In this document: in pieces, positions 53,915-64,000 of the stretch
Position numbering within the stretch: position 1 is the first letter of the stretch
Layout of the letters: every line of letters begins with the position of its first letter
DNA from: Chrysomallon squamiferum
Taxonomy: Eukaryota > Animalia > Mollusca
Assembly (NCBI GenBank): GCA_012295275.1
Contig: CM022667.1
Location: 13,082,001-13,146,000 of the forward strand
Direction of reading: 5' to 3'
Length of the DNA: 64,000 nucleotides
Translations under genes and position numbers: made by a program
Notes under the pieces: model-generated
Database searches by the model: none
Told to the model about the DNA's origin: nothing
Seen by the model: only the letters and a program-made list of their open reading frames with translations

Positions 53915-54350
53915 CTGTTTGTGTATTTATACAGAAAACAATTAGTGAGAAGACATTTTACCATTATTAAGAATAAATCGTTAGTGAAATTTCTTTTTTT
54001 AAAGACAACTTACCACTGCTAATTGATAAACTATAAAGGTACATTTATTGTTTTACCAGACTGACTATGTAAAAAGTATCTCAACCTTTTTCAATATTAT
54101 TTATAAAAGTTATTAATGTTATGTGGAAATTGCACAATAAGCAATGCAATTTCCGTTAAAAAAAAAGAAAAAAGTTAATAATTAACATTTTTAACAATTC
54201 TATTTTATTGTATAATTATTGTGTCTCGCTTTGTTTTGTTTTGTTGTTGTTTGTTTTCGGTTGTTGTTTTTTTTCTTTCTTTTTTTAATTTTTTTAAAGG
54301 GTTCGTACTTAATAAAGCTATATATTATACCCTTGCATTTTGATTGTTGT
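53050..54350 (+). repeat. Segmental duplicate of ~46860-48000 (CTL exons, introns and 3' UTR shared by genes G and H)
   Basis: Shared intron gctcatatcaaattatcacaattttaaaatgt, shared (GA)n-containing intron, and 3' blocks ttttaaatcttcactt, actatgtaaa..tatctcaacc, acttaataaagct..ccttgcattttgattgtt. Confidence 0.88.
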
Positions 54351-55034
54351 TGTATTTTTTTCTCTAGATTTTTGGATTCAGTTAATTAGTGCTAACGAAA
54401 TGTAATTATTTTTAATTAAATTTTATCGCTTGCTCTTGGACTAAGAGATTCGTCCAGACAAATTCTGATGAAAATGACTTTTCCTAAACAGCACGTAATC
54501 ACTTTGTTCATGTACATCTGTAAATCTGGACTGCAACGAATGGAAATCTGATAAGCTTTACAGAAATCTGAGTAATTGAAGAGTGACCCTCTCTGTTAAA
54601 TTATTTTTTTTTTTTTTTTTTTTTTTGTCTCACCATATTGAGAAAATGACTCCCTGGGTCATAGACTGCCTGGGTCAAGGACGTCAGATGCTCTTCCGAA
54701 GAGTAAAATACGGTGTAGAAAATTTCAGCAAAGCCAGAGGAAAATGTCGTGGTACTTATATTTTGATCTGCACACAATTTCTAGTTGTTACTATTTTTTG
54801 TTATTGTTGAAACTACAATCACATTTACACATATTTTAACTGACTGCATGCTGCAAAGCACTAACTTTTTGAGAACAAAAAGTAGACTCATTTCGCTGCA
54901 GGTTTTGTGTGTACTTGTAGCTGCCCGAGAACAGAAACCTACCACGTACAGCCCATGCTATTATCTGTTTTAAAGCATCCACAAACGCACGTACGTACAT
55001 CCATACAAGTATACATACATACATTAAAACGCAC

Positions 55035-55077
<43 letters not shown>

Positions 55078-55172
55078 TATATATATATATATATAAAAAA
55101 AAAAAAAAAAAAAAAAAAAATAAAATAAAATAATAATGCATACATACATAAATATTGTTTGTTAGACATTAT

Positions 55173-55227
<55 letters not shown>

Positions 55228-55332
55228 CTGTGTGTGTGTCTGTGTCTGTGTGTATATCTCTATATCTCTATATCTATCTATCTATCTATCTATCTATCTG
55301 TCTGTCTGTCTGTCTGTCTATACATATATATA

Positions 55333-55698
55333 CAGTTGTACCTCGACTTACGAGTTTTCAAGTCACGGGCAGTCGAAGCGCAATAATGTCCATTGAATTA
55401 AAGCATGAAATCATAGAAAAACATGAGCGCTGTGTGCATGTAGTCAACATGCCTAGGCAGTACGTAATACTTTTACTATATGTGCCGTACTGAAGCAGAA
55501 GGAATCGATAAAGGCTGTAAGTCCAGCCAAAGGGGTTAAAATAATTTCCGAGCTGCGGATTTCTGTCCATGAAAAGATGGAGAAACCCTAACCCTGTACA
55601 CTTTACAAAACCAATTTATTTCTTTGCATTCTCTTTTATTTTGTTTTTTATACAAAATTTCATTTATACATACATTTTTCTTATTTAAGAGCACGTTA

Positions 55699-55731
<33 letters not shown>

Positions 55732-55859
55732 GGAGGGGCTGGAACTGATTAATGGTATTTCAGTTAATTTCTCTTGGGAAAATTGATTTGATATACGAAC
55801 AAATTGAGTTACGAGCTCGGTCACGGAACGAATTGAACTCGTAAGTCAAGGTACCACTA
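55333..55859 (+). mobile_element. Non-autonomous Tigger/pogo DNA transposon with N-terminal transposase relic
   Basis: TIRs CAGTTGTACCTCGACTTACGAG ... CTCGTAAGTCAAGGTACCACTA inside a TA-rich site; frameshifted relic MSIELKHEIIEKHER..V..RQY / TICAVLKQKESIKAVSPAKGVKIISELRISVHEKMEK, which resembles the CENP-B-type N-terminal HTH of Tigger transposases. Confidence 0.85.
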
Positions 55860-55865
55860 TATGTG

Positions 55866-55896
<31 letters not shown>

Positions 55897-56765
55897 CTAG
55901 TTCAACCTTTATATAGGCTGTCTATAACGTTTATCATTTACTAACGATACACTTCATCAATAATGTAACACAGTTATATTTAAAAAAGGAGGTTAAGTTC
56001 GTACGTGAATGATTTTATTTCGTTTGTAAAAATAGGTTAAAAGGAAGATAAATCGATGGACTTGGATAATGACAGTGAGTAAGGCTTGGTGAGTTCTGGA
56101 GAGTAGAGAAAGGAACAGACGTACGAAATGTTAGATAAATCAGTCAAACACAAAGAACACACGTATGTGTATGCACGTATCCATCAAGCCGAAAAAACTT
56201 TTATATGGAATAAATAGATAAATATGTAAACAAATAAACGATCAAACAAACAAAAAAAAAAAAACAAATAAATAAGTAAATAAATAAATAAATAAAGCAC
56301 TAATTGATCGATACTGTCATTCTATAACACATTTTTGCTTGTTCACCTATAAAACAAAAACAAAAGGTAGAAAGAAAGAGCGAAAGATACCACTTTCAGA
56401 GAGTGTTTTCTCCGGAGAGAAAATATTAAACAGTATCAATATTGTTTAAAGTGGTCGACACCGTACGGTTTCTTTGCATTTCGTTATTAATGTATAAGTC
56501 GATATACTTAGCAAAAAAACACCCGAGTGACACAAACCACAGAACAGCAATGCCGTAAAGTGCTATTTGCGAGCACTTCACAAAGCCTTTTGTAGGAGCG
56601 GAACTAAAGCGTGTTCCAGAAACACTGAAACAATTGTTTGTGTGGGCTTTGCAGTCATTTACTTCTCTTCCTGATTAAAAAAAATAATAACAATTAGATT
56701 TTTCTGTAGTTTGGTCATTTCCTGCCGCAGTTATTGTTATGATAATTATGATTATGATGATGATG

Positions 56766-56822
<57 letters not shown>

Positions 56823-57481
56823 GTTTTTATTATTATTGTTTTTTACCAGTTTTTTTATTTGGCGCGACAATTTTATTGTTGTTAATTAATTATTAGTTGA
56901 CTTCAGCTCTAATGAATCAATACATTTTTTTTCAATAAGTTTTTTCTGCATTAAATTAAACATTTTTGGAAGATAAAAAAAACATGGCATACTGTAAATG
57001 AAAAATAAAACAAATAAACAAAAAAAATAAACACCAACATTTTTGTTATCTTCATCAACACAATTTCATGTTTTGAATATCTGTTACAAAAAGAATGCAG
57101 ACGTCGTCATATGATGTATGAATGTGTTACAGTCAGGAAATTTATGTTTAGTGTACCGTTCCAAAATTCTTCAGGGAAATACACTTTCTGACATTAAATT
57201 TTAACACGTGTTTTTGGTATGCACTAATTTTCCACAATGTCTATATTTGACAGCGAAGCAGTAAATATTAATTTTATAGCGAATAATTTTGTGAATTTCT
57301 CTTCTGATGAAGTAAATGTGAACCAAACTTAGAGTGAAGAATTTTGAAAACCAGCATGTAATTAATATCTTCAGTCTCGATGGTTTTGTTTGTATTTTAA
57401 TTATTTGTTGAAGGAAACAGAGTTTGTAACTGAGAAATGGAGGTTTTTTTTCGAGATACTTCGTGAATCGTGTTGCTGGCA

Positions 57482-57558
<77 letters not shown>

Positions 57559-57817
57559 AGTGTATATAAATTTAATTTGTTTTGTTGGTTATACACACAA
57601 AATTTATATACAAAATATATATACACAGATAGATAGATAGATTGATAGATACATAGATAGATAGATAGATAGACAGATAGATAGATATTCCATGTAATAA
57701 TAATAATAATTGTGAACTAGCTCTAATAATGATATTTATTTTATTTTATTGACTTTATTTATTTACTTTTAACATCTTTTTAAAAATTATTATTATTATT
57801 ATTATTACTATTATAGA

Positions 57818-57853
<36 letters not shown>

Positions 57854-57856
57854 TAC

Positions 57857-57893
<37 letters not shown>

Positions 57894-57901
57894 TACCGTA
57901 G

Positions 57902-58162
57902 CTGCTCAGTTAAAACAAGGACTTGGAGAAGGAAGCTCTTATTAGATGACGTAATAATTACCGGAAACGTATCTACGGAAGCTGACGTCACATCTCTGTT
58001 GGAATGCGCGAGAGCCGGCGGAGGGAATTCTGGCTGCATGTCGTTTTCTTACAAGGAACGTACTAACTGTCATCTTTTTTTTAGGTTTTTAGTTTCATTC
58101 CGATATTACCACTTTATTTCCAAGACTGTTGCTTTAGATATCGGTGATTTTTAAAATTCAAA

Positions 58163-58220
<58 letters not shown>

Positions 58221-58834
58221 ACCATAAAAACACAATAAAAAACAGACCAATAATATATATAAATAGGATTTATTTAATTTTGCTTGCAGTGTTAATGATA
58301 GTAATAGTAGTAGTATTAGTAGCATTATTATTATTATTATTATTAATCTGATGATGATGATGCTGATGATAATGATAATTCCACAAGCAGTAAGTACGAT
58401 ATAATTACAAAACGCTTTGACACGCACGACAACATCCTCAACGATTTTGACGTAGTAGCAGTAGTAGTAGAGTAGTTGTTGTTGTTGTAGTAGTAATACG
58501 TCTTCTTTTTAAATTACGTTTCTAGTTTCAAGCCCAACCGCTTCAGATTTTACGATGATACAAAGAATTTCCAGGACTTCTGTTGCCAACTCGGTTCACG
58601 ATTGATAATTTTGGATAACGTGGAAAAAAACACGGCAGTCTTCAACTACATAAACGACGTAAAAGGTAACTGTTAGTTTTATATATATAGTACAAGAAGA
58701 CAGTTTATCATAGCAATGAAAATAACAAAAACAAAAACAACCATGAATCACTACGTCCACAACAACTACCACCACCATAACTGCAGCAATGATGAGTGTG
58801 ATGATGATAAAAGCAGCATGATAATAATAACAGC

Positions 58835-58885
<51 letters not shown>

Positions 58886-59341
58886 GCAATAGTAATAACA
58901 ATAACAACAACAACAGTAATATCATTAACAATAATGATAATGATAATGATGATGATGATGATGACAATGAATATCATAATAATAATAATTTCAAAAAGCA
59001 ACAATTAAAACATCACTACAAAATACTTCGACAAACATGACAACACAACACCGTTATTAATGTTATCAAGACAAAACACATTACAATGATAACAACAGCA
59101 CTTTCCAATTCTTTAGGCACGGGAGACAAATAGAGCTACATTAATGGTTTGACGGATAAAGACAAGGAAGGTACTTTTGTCTGGGTGAACGGGAAAACAG
59201 CCGAGTTTAAAAGATGGGCCTTGACTGAGCCAAACAGTTTCGGAGGCGATGAAGACTGCGTCACGGTGGTTGCGAGAGAAAGTCTCTGGTATGATGCCAT
59301 GCAAAAATGGTGAAAGATTCATTTGCGAAGTTCCTCAGTAA
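57902..59341 (+). pseudogene. Gene I: decayed PAN/Apple + C-type lectin paralog (EPN motif)
   Basis: PAN relic from 57902 (LDDVIITGNV..DVTSLLECARAGGGNSGCMSFSY, second Cys lost); CTL exon relic ~58510-58665 (Cys losses, short deletion, CQLGSRLIILDNVEKN); last exon 59117-59341 has in-frame TAG at 59131-59133 and a frameshift after WYD. No signal exon identified. Confidence 0.8.
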
Positions 59342-59421
59342 TTTAATAACTTGATATACGTTTTCTGAGTTAATATAAAATATTTTAAAAAAAAAAGCCA
59401 GTTTTCAGCAAAACAATGGAA

Positions 59422-59596
<175 letters not shown>

Positions 59597-59927
59597 GTAA
59601 CCATACACGTACACATACACACAGATATAATGACATATAATGAAACCAAAACGAAATGGCTAACTAATTACTGGATGTAACGAAGCCAAAAATCATGCCA
59701 GAAATTCCACTCTGGTCAAATGTGCTTGGATCTTATTTGGATATGGTCACGCAGAGTCTTGTGTCATTTACTCACTCACTCACTCAGGGTAACGATACAG
59801 TATTTGAAGAATAGTCGGAAGATTTAAAAAATTAATTTATATTCTATGACGTTCTTTTTCGTTATATTTAAGCTAGCACATTTCTGAGAAGCTGAAAAAA
59901 GCAAAAAAAAAAAAAAAAAAATAATAA

Positions 59928-59958
<31 letters not shown>

Positions 59959-60054
59959 GAGAGATAGAAAATAAAAAGAATATAATATAATATAATATCA
60001 TTTATTTAATAAAACTACAACAGCAACAGAAGCAGCACCACCACCACCAATAGC

Positions 60055-60096
<42 letters not shown>

Positions 60097-60121
60097 AATA
60101 ATAATAATAATAATAATAAAA

Positions 60122-60152
<31 letters not shown>

Positions 60153-61127
60153 AAAGACACAAATTAGGCTATAGGCTGCATGCATGGATTTCAAGAAATT
60201 ATAGATGCTAAATTCACTTTAATATGCTGTTAGTATGTTGCTGCATTGGTTAGATTCTCTAGTGTAGTCTTTAGTATTTCTTGTTACTCGTATTCAGATC
60301 TTATTTAAAAAACCATTGTTAATGATCTCCTTTATCTTAACTTATTTTGTATTCCATATTTTATCCTGTTTTTGTATGACAGAAACTTGTGCAAATTTTG
60401 GATAATAAATAAATAAATATATATATATATATATATTATAAAGTTAATTTGTTGTTATTTTAATATTATTTTTAATTACTGTTTCGTGATCAAAACAGTT
60501 TTATATTTCTTAGACAGTTATGTCATTATGACAATTAGGTATGTCTGAATCACAGTGATATATTTATCATAATGAAAATATTAGTGTGTTACAGTAAGAG
60601 GTATTCAGTTGCAGTGACGTCACAATCGTTTGATTTACTTACATTAGTATAGTGAAAAAAATCATCCCTTATTGTACCTAATGATGTCACAACCGGAGTA
60701 TTATATATCGACATCTTTCAATGTCATTAACTTTAAGAAATTCAGGATATATTGCAATTATCTCCATTTTTCACATTACAATTATCAGATTTTGGATATA
60801 ATTACATTTCAAGACATGCTCTGTCTGCATCTAATAATAATTAAAATAATTATTTATAGATATATTTCTGTAATGATACCACGTACAATGACGTGAGAAC
60901 CGGAATGATATGTTCATAGTTATTCATGATGGAAACTGAATGATAACATTTTGGGTATTACTGTTAGCATTATTGTTAGTGTTGTTGTTGTTGTTGTTAT
61001 TGTTGATATTGTTATTCCTGCCGCTAATGCTTTTGTTATTTATTGAAAAATATCTTTTGTTATCTTAGAACAGTATATTTTGAAACGTTACAATAGAATG
61101 GGAAAACAACAACAACAACAACAATAA

Positions 61128-61244
<117 letters not shown>

Positions 61245-62684
61245 TAATATTAAACAGCTAAATATTAAACTGTTTTTATTACACTCGGTTGCATATTCCA
61301 GAATTATTCCCTGTGTTATGTTGTAACACTATACATATGATTTATTTTCAGCATTTATTTTCGCATCACCTTTAAAAAAATAATAAAACAAGCAAACAAA
61401 CAAAAAAATCACCCACTATGGTTTAAATATTAAAGACCACGTAATTTCCATATCAATGAAGTTATTCCTTAAATCGATTTTTATTTCCCATTATTACTAT
61501 TCTTCTTTATTTTTATTCTTGTTGAAATATAATCCTCACAGTTTTATTATATAATTGATTTATATAATTATGCAACGTTATAATATATACACAGATAACG
61601 AGATAAGAAAACAAAGATAATAAGACAGACGTACAGACAATAAGAAAAAACAAAGAGACAGGCGGATGGATGGATGGATGGACAAAAAATATGTAGATAG
61701 ATGCAAAGAAACAGATACATGGATAGAAAGAAAGAGGGACAGATAAGCAGTCAAACAAACAGACATACATACAGACAGACAGGGAGACAAATATATACTA
61801 CTACTACTACTGCTACCACTGCTATAGATAGATAAATAGCCAGACAGATAGATAGATAGATGGTTTATGAATGGATGGAGGGATGGCTGAATGAATGTCA
61901 GAATGACAGTTACGAAGACAGAGATATATCTCTTTGCACGTGCGAGATCACGATGTCATCTGGAAAAGACGTCGATGGAAAACACGTGTTAATTAAACTG
62001 TGACGTGAAACTACTTTAATCAATAACGAACACATGGCGACTACCCACCAGCCTGCCTGCGAGTCTGTTTACCTACATGTCTGTACGTCTGACTGTTTAC
62101 CTCTGTGTCCACCTATCTCCGTCTGTCTGTTATCCATCCATCAGTCTAGATTTTTAATTGTCCGACTGTCTTTTAGGACATTTGTTTGTCTACGTTTGAT
62201 CATAAAACTTAATAACAGCGAGAAATTAGGACTGTGTCATAAGTAGTAAACTTAGTTTGGATAATTCTTTAAAAGATTTGGTTATTTTCTTTATTGCCTA
62301 TTCTGTTAATGAATTATAAAAAGAAAAAAGTTATTGTTATATTTCCCCATACGTAAAAAAGTTTAACCAACGATCCACTGTCTAGTGTTCATTTTTTTTT
62401 TTAGTTTTCTTATCTACTAATATATCATCATCGTCATGATCATTTTTTTTTTTTTTTTTACGGATTTACGTCGAATATCGTGAAAATGTTTTTATTATTA
62501 TTATTTTCTCTGCCTTTTCCAGAGAGACGCCTTTGTTTGCTAAAGACACGTGTTGGACACATGTTAGGCTGGTCCCGTGTTTTCACAACATCATATTGAC
62601 GCGAATTTGCCGCAGTCTTGTCAGGTACTCACAGATGCTATCAGAAGAATCAACATAAAAAACATCCGAATGGACACACAGCCA

Positions 62685-62691
62685 TATAAAA
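62685..62691 (+). promoter_or_regulatory. TATA box of gene J
   Basis: TATAAAA 54 nt upstream of the ATG at 62739 that begins a signal peptide; supports this ATG over the longer ORF start at 62577. Confidence 0.6.
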
Positions 62692-62738
62692 GACGAGATT
62701 GTTTGTCTCCAGCATTCATCAGCACGCAGATTTGCAAG

Positions 62739-63623
62739 ATGATTCTCTCGCTAGGGGCGCTGTTTGTACTCGTAGAGGTCTCGTGTGGTCTGACATACCC
62801 CGCGTTATATTCGCAAGGGTCGAGCTATAGAAACTTCTTCTGCTTATATTATGGCCGGTACTACCCTCAGTATTGTGGATACCGCCCACCTCAACCACCA
62901 CCACCACCACCACAACCGAAACCGACTCCTCTGCCAAGACCAACTCCGGCGCCCAGTCCAACAGTTGCCCAGTACTCGTCTGCTTTCGCCAATCTTCCCA
63001 TGTCCTTCTACAGCAATTACATGACCAGCGTGATGGGCGGTTGTCCAGTGTATGCAGGTTACGCGTACGCCATGTATCGATGGGGACACGGTCGCCGCAG
63101 ACGTGAAACTCCGTTAGCGCGGGAAAAACGCGCCTACTCGTCTGCTCAGTCGGAAATGTACGACCACATCCTGACGGCGGTGAAACAGGTCCTGCAGAGA
63201 CAGAGTCTGGGCTATCCCAGCGTGATGAACACTTTCCTCAAGGACAATTACAAGATCTTGAACGAATACAACAAAGTCTTTGAGGACGTCCTTCGGGACC
63301 TTGACGCCAAGTCGCTGAAGACTCTCACGAAGTCTGCCGTCGGGGCCAAGAGAGCGGACCGCTTGCTCAAGACTCTGGAAATGTCCGGACAGGACGAACG
63401 AACGAACGAGGTCGAGATTATTCTGGCCGCTCTTAAAATCATCACGAACAAGTGGCGACTGACCGACAGGAACATTTACCAGTTTGCCTTGAGGAACAAC
63501 AAGGACTTCAAGGCGAAGTCTGCAGTTGATAAAATCAAAACGCTAAACGCTATGATCAAACTGTCCCAGGTTCCGAAAACTCGAATGCAGTACTGCGTCA
63601 ACCAGTACATGAGTCGTAAGTAA
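62739..63623 (+). CDS. Gene J: single-exon secreted Tyr/Pro-rich prepro-protein of unknown family (294 aa)
   Basis: Uninterrupted GC-elevated ORF; signal MILSLGALFVLVEVSCG; Tyr-rich Cys-flanked block, poly-Pro/Thr linker, second Tyr-rich block, GRRRR and REKR convertase sites, then a ~165-aa basic, helical-looking domain. Confidence 0.85.
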   Translation: MILSLGALFVLVEVSCGLTYPALYSQGSSYRNFFCLYYGRYYPQYCGYRPPQPPPPPPQPKPTPLPRPTPAPSPTVAQYSSAFANLPMSFYSNYMTSVMGGCPVYAGYAYAMYRWGHGRRRRETPLAREKRAYSSAQSEMYDHILTAVKQVLQRQSLGYPSVMNTFLKDNYKILNEYNKVFEDVLRDLDAKSLKTLTKSAVGAKRADRLLKTLEMSGQDERTNEVEIILAALKIITNKWRLTDRNIYQFALRNNKDFKAKSAVDKIKTLNAMIKLSQVPKTRMQYCVNQYMSRK

Positions 63624-64000
63624 AATTTTCTACGTTTTTGTTGATGGTTGTTTTATAGAAGCAGGAGTGGGATGTAAATCTACGGTTAAGACGATAGTGT
63701 CGAGCTTGATACGTCGTGTGATTTGTATTTGTTAGGATTATTTCCCATTTCACACAGTGCTCCAAAGGATGCTTTTCTAATAGGTAGTGAATATTATACC
63801 ACATACACGCATACGTACCGTATATATATATATATATATATATATATCCATCCATCCATCTATCTATCTGTCTATTAATCTATGTACCTATCTATCTATC
63901 TATTATCTATGTATCTTTCTGTCTGTGTTTTTCTGTCTATCATCTATATATTTGCATGTGTATGTATATATATGTATGTATGTATCTATCTATCTATCTA

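Noticed and set aside
62577-62738. Longer 348-aa start for gene J
   Set aside because: Begins at GTG and spans the TATA box; the signal peptide begins at ATG 62739.
62719-63475. Overlapping antisense and alternate-frame ORFs in gene J (also 28803-29211, 39239-39532)
   Set aside because: Shadow ORFs expected over GC-richer coding exons; no independent features.

Overview
Eukaryotic (animal) genomic DNA: very AT-rich, packed with microsatellites, with GT-AG spliced genes. Domain content and repeat style suggest a mollusc, probably a gastropod (inference). Almost all long ORFs in the supplied track are microsatellite artefacts; the real genes had to be assembled exon by exon. The window is a tandem cluster of extracellular recognition-type genes. 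It holds six paralogous secreted signal peptide-PAN/Apple-C-type lectin (CTL) genes: three intact, two with a single +1 indel, one decayed pseudogene. A seventh lectin gene is a PAN-EGF-like-Sushi-CTL chimera whose CTL half is a recent copy shared with a neighbour. Interleaved are two paralogous type-I membrane proteins with an architecture I cannot assign to a named family: signal peptide, 3 or 4 kringles, 1 or 2 TSP1 domains, TM helix, and a cytoplasmic tail of 18-residue amphipathic repeats. A single-exon gene for a secreted Tyr/Pro-rich prepro-protein ends the window. Two Tigger/pogo-type non-autonomous DNA transposons, three minisatellites and a long intronic palindrome are also present. 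Labels A-J are mine. No rRNA, tRNA or CRISPR array is seen.
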